Positions 13,388-27,268 of a DNA stretch of 64,000 nt are shown here, in pieces. The stretch is from Octopus sinensis (taxonomy: Eukaryota): NCBI RefSeq assembly GCF_006345805.1, contig NW_021835233.1, positions 194,514 through 258,513 on the forward strand, given 5' to 3'. Position 1 is the first letter of the stretch. The number at the start of each line of letters is the position of its first letter. Below the pieces are notes generated by a model. The model was not told where the DNA came from, searched no databases, and saw only the letters and a program-made list of their open reading frames with translations. A program made the translations under genes and the position numbers.

Positions 13388-14855
13388 TACGACGAGCTTC
13401 TTTCAGTTTCCGTCTACCAAATCCACTCACAAGGCTTTGGTCGACCTGAGGCTATAGTATAAGACGCTTGTCCAAGGTGCCACGTAGTGGGACTGAACCC
13501 AGAACCATGTGGTTGGTAAGCAAGCTACTTACTACACAGCCACTCCTGCGCCTTCAGCTTTTGTCCACCTTTTATAGAGCTTTGGTAGTAGAAAAAAATT
13601 TGCTCAAAGTGCAATGCAGTGGAACGAACCCAGAAATGTGGTTGAATGGTGAACTTGTTAACCTTACAGTCTATGCCTATGCATAAATTTAAAGTAGCTA
13701 AACCACAGTTTTAAGCATTTTATTCTGAACCTTTAAACAGCTAATAATATATTTTATTTTCTTAATACACAGAAAAATAAAGGAGATTGCCCTGACATGC
13801 TTCATGGTTCATTTAACAAAGGAGTAGTACTTCCTCATTTCACTCCCCATGTACATAGCTGATAGGAAACATTTCTTTATATCAAACATAAAATAGAACT
13901 TAGCCTAACCTAGTTGCTTGTGTATAAACAGAATGACAAGATCTATCAGTCTACATTTAAATTATTGTGGCATATCACTTGACTGTAGTTTAATTACTTT
14001 GAATTTGTCTTAGATTTTCTAATTCTTACCTTGTTGTGCATAATTATTAAAGACAGCAGTATTTTGGTATTTTGACAGCAATGACGTTAAGATGTATATG
14101 CTTCCATTAATTTCTTTTGAGCAGGTGATGTTTAGCTATTTTAAATTTAGAATATATTTGTTACAATTTCATTTTTTTCAGTCCTTTTTTTTTTCAATTT
14201 TCAAAGGTTTATGGGGGGCAATGCAAGTTTAAGTACTTTCTATAATTATGTTTATTCAGCAGTTACAGGTTTATTTTGAACTGTTCACAAGTCTTAGACA
14301 TTCAGTATGTTATGGTTAAATTATAGATTATTCAGTTTGCTTGCAGTTAGTCCATTTTATTTATGTTTGCAAATTGTTACGATTTGGAACTTTTTTATCA
14401 TATCTATATTTTATATTATTTACGAGTTTTTTCTATAACAGCAAATTTATTTGGTTAGTTTCCTGGAGTGGTTGTGTGGTAAGTAGCTTGCTTACCAACC
14501 ACATCATTCGAGGTTCAGTCCCACTGCATGGCACCGTGGGCAAGTGTCTTCTACTATAGCCTCGGGCTGACCAAAACCTTGTGAGTGGATTTGGTAGAGA
14601 TAAACTGAAAGAACCCATCATATGTATGTATGTGTGTGTGTGTTTGTGTATCTGTATTTGTCCCCACCCTCAACATCACTCGACAGGCGATGCCGATGCG
14701 TTTATGTCCCTATAACTTAGCAGTTTGGCAAAAGAGACTGATAGAATAAGTACTAGGCTTACAAATGATAAGTCTCATGGTTGATTTGTTTGCCTAAAGG
14801 TGGTGCTCCAGCATGGCTACAGTCAAGTGACTGAAAAAAGTAAAAGAATAAAAGA

Positions 14856-14886
<31 letters not shown>

Positions 14887-15110
14887 TGCTCCAGTCTGAT
14901 CTGACAATGTTTCTGCAGCTGGATACCCTTCCTAATGCCATCCACTCCGACAGTGTAGTAGGTACTTTTTAGATGCCACTGGCACAGGAACCAGTCAGGG
15001 GACACTGGTATTGACCATGTTTGAACGATGCATTTTACATGTCACTGGAATGGGAGCGAGTCAGGGCGCACTAGCTACAGCTATGATATATACATATATA
15101 TATGTATATA

Positions 15111-15142
<32 letters not shown>

Positions 15143-15147
<5 letters not shown>

Positions 15148-15439
15148 ATTATGTAAATAGAGGAATTTATCTGTAAATGTAATATGTGACAATTATTCGG
15201 TAGCCATGATAAAACTCCGAGTTTCGGGTGCCGAGGTGGAAATCCATGCTGCCATCTCTTCAGTAATTTGGCCATCGGAAAAATGCTTTTTCATAGCATT
15301 TTTCCGATGGCCGGATAACTGAAGAGATGGCGGCATGGATTTCCACCTCGGCACCTGAAACTCGGAGTTTTATCATGGCTACCGAATAATTGTCACATAT
15401 TACATTTACAGATAAATTCCTCTATTTACATAATATCGA
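15143..15439. repeat. Fold-back element, 144-bp arms and 9-nt spacer
   Basis: tcgatattatgtaaatagagg...aaaaatgc / gcattttt...cctctatttacataatatcga. Confidence 0.92.
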
Positions 15440-15482
15440 GGTCTCTTTCATTCTTTTGTTGTCTTACCATTTTTATCAATAC

Positions 15483-15888
15483 AGGCGCAGGAGTGGCTGT
15501 GTGGTAAGTAGCTTGTTTACCAACCACATGGTTCTGGGTTCAGTCCCACTGCGTGGCACCTCAGGCAAGTGTCTTCTACTATAGCCTCGGGCCGACCAAA
15601 GCCTTATGAGTGGATTTGGTAGACGGAAACTGAAAGAAGCCCGTCGTATATATGTATATATATATATGCGTGTGTGTGTTTGTGTGTCTGTGTTTGTCCC
15701 CCTAGCATTGCTTGACAACCGATGCTGATGTGTTTATGTCCCCGTTACTTAGCGGTTCGGCAAAAGAGACTGATAGAATAAGTACTAGGCTTACAAAGAA
15801 TAAGTCCTGGGGTCCATTTGCTCGACTACAGGCAGTGCTCCAGCATGGCCGCAGTCAAATGACTGAAACAAGTAAAAAAAAAAAAGAG
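15483..15888 (+). mobile_element. tRNA-headed SINE family B (head + internal (TA)/(TG)n + tail), representative copy
   Basis: gagtggctgtgtggtaag...gggttcagtcccactgcgtggcacc...tail gactgaaacaagtaaaaga. Other copies include about 4260-4685, 9820-10213(-), 36395-36820, 38311-38668, 45176-45590 and 49165-49545(-). Confidence 0.87.
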
Positions 15889-17899
15889 TATATATATATA
15901 TATATACGGCAGTGCATCAGCATGGCCGCAGCTCTGAGCTGAAACTAGAAAAAAAAATATATATATCTTACACTCTCAGAGTAGTTGGCAGTAGAAAAGG
16001 TATCCAGCTGTAGAACACTGGAGTCTGGTACAGCATTCCAGCTTACCAGCCCCAGTCAAACTGTTCAACCTATGCCAGCATGGACAAGAGACTTGAAGTG
16101 ATGATGATGATGATGATGATTGATCTATGCTGTTCTATTTCCATGCTGCATGGGGTTTTTTGGGATGGTGGTGGTGGTGGGGGGGGGCGTCATTTATTGC
16201 CTGACGGTTAAATGGTATATTGTTCTGCCAGTTTACATTCATTTCATTTTTGACATGTCTTCATTTCTGGAACGTGTTATAGAATGTGAAACAGCATATC
16301 TGTTGGTCTTTGTTCATTAATTAATCTAAATGTTTGAAGTCCTCGGCTCTTTTAATCTTTCAGTTATGACTACTTTCCATGTTATGTAGCAGTGATATAT
16401 CAGTAGATTTTCCGCAATGCATATAGTACATCATCATCATCATCATTTAACGTCCGTCTTCCATGCTGCATGGGGTCTGGAAAACCAGGAGGCTGCTCCA
16501 GGCTCCAATCTGATCTGGCAGAGTTTCTACAGCTGGATGCCCTTCCTAATGCCAACCACTCTGAGAGTGTAGTGAGTGCTTTTTATATGCCACCGGCACA
16601 GGGCCCAGAGGGGGCTGGCAATGGCCTCGATCAGTTGGTGCTTTTATGTCCCACTGGCATAGATAGCAGTCAAGGCAGTGCTGGCATCAGCCACATTCAG
16701 ATGGTGCTTTTTACATGCCACCAGCACAGGTATCACAACTATAATTTCCATTTGATTTTTATTTTGATGTTGATGTACTTGACTCAGTAGGTCTCTTCAA
16801 GCACAGCAGGTTGCCCTACGATCCAAGATACACTTGTTCTAATTCGTTCTATAACTTTTGAGATTGCAATGTCCTTTTTGGGAGATATTTTTATGTTTTA
16901 TAGATACCAATTTTTAATTTCTATGCTTAGTAGCTATATATTTAATAAGATTTTGCTTATATTCCATGTAAATATACGCAGGTGTGTTTGTAATGGGTAT
17001 ATTACACTAGTGTTTTACTCTTGCTGTTTGTCTATTGGTTCCCTACCAGCATTTATGTTTTTAATGCTGTTGACACTGCCAGATTGAATGTTACTACCCA
17101 GTTGTCAAAACTATAGTGATATCCACTAGGCAGCTGATGATGAGAATATATGGTTGATGTGCTGGTTGTTTGGAAATTTTATATATCTTACAGTCTTAGT
17201 ATTCTGACCTGTTCTTCATTCTTGTTAGGTTGAACTTGTTAAAGAGTTCATGTTTATGGTGATTGTATTATTACTTACATTGATATAGTATGATTGCCTT
17301 CATTGGTAGTCTTATATGACTAGGATAATACTTAAGGGTTTTCTAGTTTTGAGAGGTTCTCTGTGATATAAATGTAGCTCTGATACTGGTGCCACATAAA
17401 ATGCATCCAGTGTGAACTGTGAAATGGTTGGCATTAGAAAGGGTATCCAGCTGTAGAAGGAATGCCAAAACTGAGGATGGAGCCTGGTGCAGCTCCTGTC
17501 AATACATCCAGCTTGTGCCTACATGGAAAATGGATGTTAAATGATCATGATGATTTTGTACACACACAATTAATGAGCGAGATGGAAGATGGAAGATTCA
17601 AGAATCTTTATTAAGCACTATAATTGTTTCGACCCTCCTAGTATTGGTCCCGGATACTGTACAACTGGTTTAGGTGCTTCCCTTAGTGGATAGGTGTTTA
17701 CGCCGGCTGAAATGCTTAGCAGTATTTCATCTGCCGCTATCTTCTGAGTTCAAATTCCACTGAGGTTGACTCTGCCTTTCATCCTTTCAGGGTCGATTAA
17801 ATAAGTACCAGTTACGTACTGGGGTCGATGTAATCGACTTAATCCTTTTGTCTGTCTATGTTTGTCCCCTCTATGTTTAGCCCCTTGTGAGTAATAAAG

Positions 17900-17967
<68 letters not shown>

Positions 17968-18702
17968 ATCTATATACACACACACACATTCACACACACA
18001 CACATGTAATGTAATACACTCACATATATCATCATTATCACCATTTAGCAACTGATTTCGATACTGGTGTGGGCTTGGTGGTTTGACTGGAGCTGGTAAT
18101 GCCAGGGCTGCACCAGGCTCCATTATCTATTCTGGAATGTTCTGGAATGTTCTGCAATGGTTTCTACAGCTGGATGTCTTTCCTGATGCCAACCACTCCA
18201 CAGAGCAGACTGGGTGTTTTTTTAATGTGGCACCAATACCAGTACTTTTAACTCAATACACACACACACACACACATTCACACACACACACATACACATA
18301 TACACACAATTATTTATACATACACTTCATTCAGAGAATATGTATATGTATGTACATACATGCATATATACATATACACCTATATAAATGCACCTACTAC
18401 CACCAACCCACCACCACCACTACTAATACTATCACTGCCACCACCACTGTTGTTACTTCAACCTAGCTGGATGTAAATTACATCCTTTTAACTGAAGCTC
18501 GAGTTAACGAGTATGTCAAAATGATATATTAATAATTAACTTACAGCTTTCAACTTAAGGCTTTCTGATTTCATAGAGTGAGTTCTTAGTTATGTTTGGT
18601 TTCCATTTCAAAATAGTTTTATCTGTGAGTATAGAAGTCAAAAAAAAAAAAAAATATTGATTTGTACATTACTGTAATTGTTTTTACTTATTCCTATTTC
18701 AG

Positions 18703-18874
18703 GCTCATTCGTTTGGCACGTAAACTTGACAAAACAGATCAAGAGATTTTGAATCTCTGCGGAAGTTACCTGATGAAAATGGAGAAGTATTCCCTGGCTG
18801 CCGAAGTGTATCACAAAATTGGAGATATAAAGTCGATAATTAATCTCTGGGTGAAAGCAAGACAATGGGATGAT
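18703..18874 (+). CDS. IFT122: IFT122 coding exon, phase 2-0
   Basis: ttcag|G CTC ATT CGT...TGG GAT GAT|gttcgt; LIRLARKLDKTDQEILNLCGSYLMKMEKYSLAAEVYHKIGDIKSIINLWVKARQWDD. Resembles IFT122 LIDIARKLDK...[26 protein letters not shown]. The donor is weak but is required by the phase of the next exon. Confidence 0.92.
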
Positions 18875-21112
18875 GTTCGTTGAATTTATTGTATATCTCG
18901 TTTATCATTAAGCTGGAATTTTATATTTATATTTATATTTTTGTCTATGTCTTAGTTTATACATTTTATTATAAATGTAGACACAGTTGTAGCTGTGTGG
19001 TTAACAGGCTGTATAGGTATAGGTGTGGCTGAGTGGTTAAGAAGTCTGTTTCCCATCCATGTGGTTTTGGGTTTGGTCCCACTGCATGGCACGCTTTAGC
19101 TGTACCATCTAAAGTGTTTTCCATGGATTTGGTTGGGAAACTGAAAGAAACCTGTTTATATAAGTGTATAGGTGTGTGTGTGTTTGTGTATATTTTATAT
19201 CCTGGTGTTGTATATAAAATTTAACGAAACAGGGGTAAAGAAATAATTCACGCAATGCTCTACTGTTACTGTTACACGAGGTTAAAAGTTTCCTGCCAAT
19301 GGCTCACAGTAAACTGCTTCCCCTGAATTACTGATGGTTCTGCTTTGAGTAATGTGTCAGTCCACTTTGGTCACTTGGGGGTGGTCAAAATCATTCCATG
19401 AGAGTATGAATTTGCTTCCAGTACCAAAAACATACTAAGGCGGCGACCTGGCAGAAACGTTAGCACGCCAGGTGAAATACTTAGCAGTAATTCATCTGTC
19501 TTTACATTCTGCATTCAAATTCTGCCAAGGTCGACTTTGCCTTTCATCCTTTCGGGGTCGATAAATTAAGTACCAGTTATGCACTGGGGTCAATATAATC
19601 AACTTAATCCATTTGTCTGTCCTCTCTGTTTAGCCCCTTGTGGGTATTAAAGAAATAGGTATTTCATCTGTCTTTACATTCTGATTTCAAATTCCGCTGA
19701 GGTCGACTTTTCCTTTCATCCTTTCAGGGTCAATAAATTAAGTACCTGTAGTGTACTGGGGTCGATCTAATCAACTAGCCCCTCCCCCAAAATTTCGGGC
19801 CTTGTGCCTAGAGTAGAAAAAAAAAAGTACCAAAAAAGTACTGTTGGCAAAAGAGGCCGAATGTCCAGTCAGACATATAAAAATCAACAGTGTCCTAACA
19901 GCCTTGCCCAGTCATCTCATTCTGAACACAGGCTAATGACATAAACTGAACACACACACACACACACATGTACACACGCATGCACAGAAGCAAACTACAA
20001 AATACCGAACAAAATACCTAAATTACTTCCATTCTCGAAGAAATCAAAGCCGTATCGATCGGCTCATTTTCATTTCTTAGACAGCATCATTTATTGAATA
20101 ATATCCAGATATCTATGAGAAATTCATATGAAGAAACATAAAACCTTTACCTAGACGACTAAAACAGCTGAACTAATGAATACAAAATTCTAATTTCTCA
20201 GAAACGGAATCACAATCCAATATATAAGAACTAAACAACATGAAAATTGCCTGACCCAGTCAAAAGAAACAGGTCACACACACACAAACACATGAAACAA
20301 AAAACACAGTAACTCGACACAGACGTGTTCGCAGTGTTAGCACATTTCAAAAGTAGTCACATTATATTACATGCTAAAATAAAGCGTATCAGGCAAAATA
20401 CCTATACTTCAAACAACCAGCAAATATTCTTATTGAACACTTCAATATACAAGAGTTATTACAAATTATACATTGGGAAACAAAAAAAGTAATCATAGAA
20501 TCCTACACGCACATTTCCACTTTATAGATGAAGCGATAACACAGATCACATAACAAGAACGATGTATAAAACAAGAAAGAAAAGAAAGGAGAACGGAAAA
20601 TTTTTACAAGTGAATAATATGATCTGGAAATATATTAGAAAGGTATCCAAAACAATCATGTTCTTAAAAATATGTTCAGTACTCCAAATAGCACAACTAA
20701 ATATTTGTAATACAAGGCTTATAAGAATCTTTTCTACTCTAGGCACAAGGCCTGAAATTTTGGGGGAGGGGGCTAGTTGATTAGATTGACCCCAGTACAT
20801 AACCGGTATTTAATTTATCAACTCCAAAAGGATGAAAGGCAAAGTCGACCTCAGTGGAATTCGAACTCTCAACATAAAGACAGATGTAATACTTATTTCT
20901 TTATTGCCCACAATGGGCTAAACATAGAGGGGACAAACAAGGACAGACAAAGGGATTAAGTCAATTACACCAACCCCAGTGTGTAACTGGTACTTAATTT
21001 ATCAACCCCGAAAGGATGAAAGGCAAAGTCGATCTCGGCGGAATTTGAACTCAGAACATAACAGCAAACAAAATACCGCCAAGCATTTCACCTGGCTGCT
21101 AACAATTCTGCC

Positions 21113-21171
21113 ATGATGATGACGACGATGATGATGATGACGATGATGATGATGATGATGATGATGATGAC

Positions 21172-21202
<31 letters not shown>

Positions 21203-21290
21203 TTGGTGATGATGATGATAATGATGATGACGATGATGATGATGATGACGATGATGATGTTGGTGATTATGATGATGATGATGATGATAA
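21113..21290. repeat. Long interrupted (GAT)n microsatellite, representative of abundant (TA)n, (CA)n, (TACA)n, (GAT)n and (AAT)n tracts
   Basis: Directly visible. Other large tracts: about 29780-30210, 30445-30720, 47390-47830, 51330-51590, 52100-52220 and 57130-57370. Confidence 0.95.
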
Positions 21291-21919
21291 TGTCACCTGC
21301 ATACAACATGTCATTCTTTGCACTATTTAAAATTACTTTTGGCCAACCCCAACCCCAATGAACCACAAGACTCTCCACCCCCAAATATCTATAGATCTGT
21401 CTCCTTTCTTGTACCTCGAGGGTAAGCTCAGGCACCTCGTCTATGGCTAAGGGATACGTTCGGCTACCAGATCTTATCTGTATTTTAAATAAAGAATCTA
21501 TATTTCAGTTTTCAATGGTTAAAACTGATGAAATCGCTGGGCCTGGAGACATATTCCAGCCAGAAGTGTAAACAATGTCATCGCATTTGCCTGAAGGGTG
21601 TTAATGAAGATAAATGGAGAAAACACTTAGACACATACATACACACATACTGCTTCACTATCACTTCTGTGTTGTTAGTCAATTGGTTAATTATCGAACC
21701 AACTAACTAACCAATTATTTGTTTAATGCGCTGGTTTGACCAACCAACAACTGATTGATTATTTAACGAGGACATTAAACAAATTATTGGTTAGTTAATT
21801 GGTTAGATAATTAACCAACTGACTAACAATAAAGAAAAGATATTGAACCAGTGCATGTGTGTTATTGTCATTGGCATGATGAACCTCCCAAGACACAAGA
21901 TATAAATATATATATATGA

Positions 21920-22600
21920 GTGGCACGTAAAAAGCACCCACTACACTCATGGAGTGGTTGGCGTTAGGAAGGGCATCCAGCCGTAGAAACATTGCCAGAT
22001 CAGACTGGGCCTGGTGCAGCCTTCTAGCTTCCCAGACCCCAGTTGAACCGTCCAACCCATGCTAGCATGGAAAGTGGACGCAAAATGATGATGATGATGA
22101 TGATGAAACTCAAATCGAAATCAAATTCGATGACTGGCATCCATGCTAGTGGAGTGCTAACAGCACCATCTGAGTGTGATTGTTGCCAGAGCAGCAAACT
22201 GGCTTCTGTTTCGGTGGCACATACAAAGTACCATTTGAGTGTGATCGTTACCAGTGCCACCTTACTGGCACTTCTGCCAGTGGTGCAGGAAAAAACATTT
22301 GAGCGAGGTCGTTGCCAGTGCCACTGGACTGGCTCCTGTGCAGGTGGCATGTAAAAACACCATTTGAGCGTGGCCATTGCCAGTACAGCCTGACTGGCCC
22401 TCACTGCTGGTGACACATAAAAGCACCCACTACACTCTCGAAGTTGTTGGCATTAGGAAAGGGTTCATACTGTAGAAACTCTGCCAGATCAGATTGGGGT
22501 CTGGTGCAGCCATCTGGTTCACCAGTTCTCTGTCAAATCGTCCAACCCATGCTAGCATGGAAAGCAGATGTTAAACGATGATGATGATGATGATGATGAC
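21920..22600 (+). mobile_element. (GAT)n-tailed retroelement 3' ends with internal tandem units, two adjacent copies
   Basis: cacccactacactc...ttaggaagggcatccagctgtagaaac...gttaaac(GAT)n. Other copies at about 4745-4945, 10760-11100, 16440-16830(-), 31140-31390, 36870-37170(-), 53973-54420(-) and 59265-59760(-). Confidence 0.82.
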
Positions 22601-23826
22601 GATATATATATTTATATATATATATATATAGAAAAAATTTACAGAGATCTATATTTTGAATCTTTTAAGAGAAACATTGGATTCAAATTTTGGTGCAATG
22701 CCAGCAATTTTAGGGGAGAGGTTAAATCGATTACATTGACCCCCAATACTCAACTGGTGCTTATTTTATTGACCCCGAAATGATGAAAGGCAAACTAGAC
22801 TTCAGTGGAATTTGAACTCAGAACATGATGAACAAAAAGCCACCAAGTGTTTTGCTAACCATACTAGACATTCTGCCATCTTGCTGTCTTAACTTTTAAG
22901 AGAAATATTAACAGCATTTGTGTGCTAATAAGTTTTGGTTTAGATACATTTTCCTCTGCATTTCATATTAAATTATGCTGAGCTTGCCATAGTTCATTTC
23001 AGACAAGTGCATCCATCTTTCTTTCTGGATGATGAATATGAAGAATTAACCCCTTTCACCTCTTTTGGATCTGCTGCCCTTCTGTATCAGTACAATCTAA
23101 TGCATTCTCCAATTGTCTTTGTGTATCTCTTCTCTGAGACTGGATTGTATCTATAAAGTTTAAATATCATAATACCTTTAAACCCTCCTGATCTTGTCAC
23201 TCACGTCACCCTGCTCTCTGTCAGTTCCACTCATTCCAGTTATCCATTTCTAAACAAAGAACCATCTTCTGCGGCTGTCTTGTTTCAACGGATTAGATCT
23301 GTTATTTTATTCATTTCTTCTTACTTCCTTCTGTCAACTTTGTCCATTTGTCCAGCCATGTTGCAATCTTATTTTGCAAGCTACTGGGAAATTCTATTTT
23401 CTTTCAATGTATAGCATAGCTGTAATCCATATATATATATATATACATAAATTAAATTAGAGATAAAACCACTATTAGGCAAATCAAACTGAAAAACATA
23501 AACCAAAACATACAAATAAAAATAATTAATATAATATACAAAATATATAAAAAATACAAAATTTTAAATTTAAATTATTTAAATTAAAGTTAAAAATTAA
23601 AAATTATTAATTTATTTTTATAAATTTTTATATATATATATTTTTATTTTTATTTTTATTTTTTATTTATTTATTTATAAAAAAAAATATATATATAACT
23701 ATCAAAAAGTATTAAAAGTATATAAATTTAAAATAATAAGAGTGAAAAATTTAATATAAATTTGATTAATATCAATTTAAAACCAATGGCCAAGCATACT
23801 GAAAACTTTGAAAATTCAGAATAATT

Positions 23827-23997
23827 ATATTACATACATATAAGAGGGATGACCACGAAGTGGACATCCATCATGCTAGAGGTAGACACCATATGGTATG
23901 ACCACTAAGAAAAGATTGTTCTCAAGACCATATTTTGTCTACCTCTAGCATAATCGATGTCCACTTAGTTGTCATCCCTCTTATATGTATGTAATAT
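23827..23997. repeat. Small fold-back, about 62-bp arms
   Basis: 23827-23888 vs 23936-23997. Confidence 0.82.
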
Positions 23998-24241
23998 ATA
24001 TATATATATATGTTTGTCTATATATATTCACACACACACCACATGTACATATATATATATAACCAGGCCTGTTCCCTATTTTTTTAGGAGGGGGTAACCA
24101 AAACATGACATACATCAGACATTCCATTCGTTTCCCAGCTCAAAGAGGCAAGCTCTGTTCTATTGCTTGGGACAACGTATAGAAATCAACCCCCAATATC
24201 AGCAGCGGGGCCTGAGAGCATATGCATATACGTATATATAT

Positions 24242-24280
<39 letters not shown>

Positions 24281-24332
24281 AATTGAGATAGGGGTTGTAA
24301 ATGCAACCCTCCATGGGATAACATAATTTGTG

Positions 24333-24363
<31 letters not shown>

Positions 24364-24661
24364 CATATGCATATATATCATCATCATCATCATCATCACC
24401 ATCGTTGTTGTCATTGTTTAATGTCCATTTTCCATGCTGGCATGGGTTGGACTGTTTGACACTGGTTGGGAAATCCAGTGACTGCACCAGGCTCCAATCT
24501 GATCTAGCAATGCTTCTACAGCTTGATGCCCTTCCTAATGCCAATCACTTCAAGAGCGTAGTGGGTGCTTCTTACATGCCATATATATGTGTGTGTATAT
24601 ATATGTACATATATATGTGTATGTATATATATATATATTATATATATATATATATATATAA

Positions 24662-25694
24662 CTAGCAGTATCGCCAGGCGTTGCTCGGGTTGTAAGGGAA
24701 ATAACTATATAAGCATTTTTAGAGAGTTATAGCCAAAAAATAGCAAAAAAATGCATTAAAAATTGAAAAAAAATTAAGGTAAATTTTTTTTAAATCGTTG
24801 ACACATCGTAGATATTTTTAGAGAGTTACTTCCCTTATATAAAAGCGAAAAAATGCATTAAAATGGAAAAATATGATGGTAAATTTTTTTTAAATCGTAG
24901 ACTCATCGTAGACGCACACTAATACCCAGAAGGGCTCGTTTGTTATTCTGGGTAACTTTCTGTAAAATTATTAAAATTTTGTTCAAACATCGCTATAGAA
25001 AATGGGTTATTAGCTAATATTCAATTGGGTATACAACAAAATTTTACGATAGAATTTGTTATTCTGGGTAACTTTCTGATACCCATAATAATATTTACGG
25101 CAAAATAGTCTTAATTTCATTTAAGGTTGTGGGAAATAACAAACTATCCTTTCTTTCGGTTTGTTTACGTTTAGCGTAACGTTTTGTTTCTGCCGTAATG
25201 ATTTCAAATAGGCTCATTCGAAAAAGTAAATAGAAATAGTCTAAGGCTTTACTCTTCAGGGAAAGTCTGTGGCTTGGTCCAGTTTCTTCAGAAAACTCAC
25301 CGAAAGAAACAGTTTTTAAATTTTCACTCCATTCAGGTGCCAATTCGTTTTCTTTATCGCTGTCGGATTCACTGTTTTCACTTTAATAGCTGCAAACTTG
25401 CAAAGGAGGAGAAGGGTGATAGCGTCAGTGAAACAGTTCGCTCCCTTTGTGTGTGTGTGCGTTTGCGTGTGGTGTAAACCACATTAAGAAAAACATTTGA
25501 CATACACACCAGAATGTGAGTTTTCTGTAAATTTTGCTTAATTGGAGTTTAAATTTTAAAAACTGGACCTGGCATGACGCGATGCATTCTACTCTTAAAA
25601 TTGCTAGGTAAATTGTAATTGAAGAAATGCTATGTTGTAGATTTCTATAACTCCCAAAGGGAGGCAGATAAAATCTGCCTTTTATAATAAGAGA
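24662..25694 (-). mobile_element. Non-autonomous Helitron carrying a piggyBac transposase fragment
   Basis: On the minus strand: 5' TCTCTTATTATAAAAGGCAG at 25694 and 3' hairpin + CTAG at 24662. The same 3' end occurs at 12202, 27269 and 28511. Confidence 0.75.
25040..25382 (-). pseudogene. piggyBac-like (PGBD-type) transposase N-terminal fragment, frameshifted
   Basis: SENSESDSDKENELAPEW...FSEETGP...ALDYFYLLF...IITAETKRYA...TTLNEIKT, then after a frameshift FAVNIIMGIRKLPRI. Typical piggyBac pattern (F.E.TGP, DYF.LF, ETNRYA, EIKAF...MG..KLP). Confidence 0.75.
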
Positions 25695-25708
25695 TATATA
25701 TCTGCATA

Positions 25709-27268
25709 TCTCTTATTATAAAAGGCAGATTTTATCTGCCTCCCTTTGGGAGTTATAGAAATCTACAATATAGGATTTCTTCAATTACAATTTACCTAGC
25801 ATTTTTAAGAGTAGAATGCATCGCGTCATGCCAGGTCCAGTTTTTAAAATTTAAACTCCAATTAAGCAAAATTTACAGAAAACTCACATTCTGGTGTGTG
25901 TGTCAAATGCTTTTCTTAGTCTGGTTTACACCACACGCAAACGCACACACACAGTGTGCAACGAATAAAATGAAAGTAAATAGCGACAGAGTGATTTGAG
26001 GAAAACTAAACTGAAAGTATTTAAACCACTACTCAAAAAATAAAAAAACACAGCAAACAGAAACAAATAAATACATAACCATTTACTCCTCACACAATTT
26101 CTTCAATTAGAATTTACCTAAGATTTTTCAGAGTACTTCATTGGGTGATGCCATAAAAAATTTCTTTCAATTTTACCACCAATTAAGACAAAATTCGAGA
26201 AAACTCAATATTTTAACATATCACTCCGAAAGCATTGATGTACATGTGTGCATGCGTGAGTGTGTGTGTGTCATTCCTCACACACACGCATACACATACA
26301 TATACAACTACATACAACTACATACACATACAACTACATACAAACACGTGTGTGTTTGTTATTAGTAAAAAAGGCGCCAAAACTCAACTCACTTATAATT
26401 CCAACACAATTGCAAAGACACACGGACGGACAGAAAAGGTAAATTGGTTTTTATTTTACTCTGTATATATTTTATTATATATTATATATAGATATATGTA
26501 TATATAATTGCAGTATGAAACAGTGTTTATGTATAAACAGACGACACTTATATATAGTTACCAAGCCGTCCGAATTTACCTATTCATATTTAAATGAGAA
26601 TATCAGAGCAAATCTCTTTAGTACATTCGTGAAAACACGTATTATACTTCGTAAACACTTCAACTACAGTTTTGTACAAAAATCGAAGTGTAATTTTAAT
26701 TCCGTGAATTATGGGAGATTTTTTTCCGAAATTTGTTCCTATTGTGTTTTCAAAATTTGCAATTCTGACAAAAAATGGATACGAATTTCATTATATCAAG
26801 CAGCGAGTCAGAATTCGAAGGATTTTCTACTGAAGACCTTCATAAATCTAACTCTATGACTGAAAAAAAAAAGCAACTTTATATAAGAGTGAAGTTGTGT
26901 GTCTGTCTCCTACGATTTAGATTCCTAACTACTCCCACATTTTGCGGTGCAGTTTAACCAAAAGCGGGTATCTTATAGTCGTGATTCATATCGAGCCCTT
27001 CTGGGTATTAGCGTGCGTCTACGATGAGTCTACGATTTAAAAAAAATTTACTATCATATTTTTCCATTTTAATGCATTTTTTCGCTTTTATATAAGGGAA
27101 GTAACTCTCTAAAAATATCTACGATGTGTCAACGATTTAAAAAAAAAATTACCTTAATTTTTTTTCAATTTTTAATGCATTTTTTTGCTATTTTTTGGCT
27201 ATAACTCTCTAAAAATGCTTATATATTTATTTCCCTTACAACCCGAGCAACGCCGGGCGATACTGCTA

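Noticed and set aside
21520-21570. CTGATGA followed by a GCTGG/CCAGC stem as another hammerhead
   Set aside because: No GAAA after the stem and no stem I/III partner.
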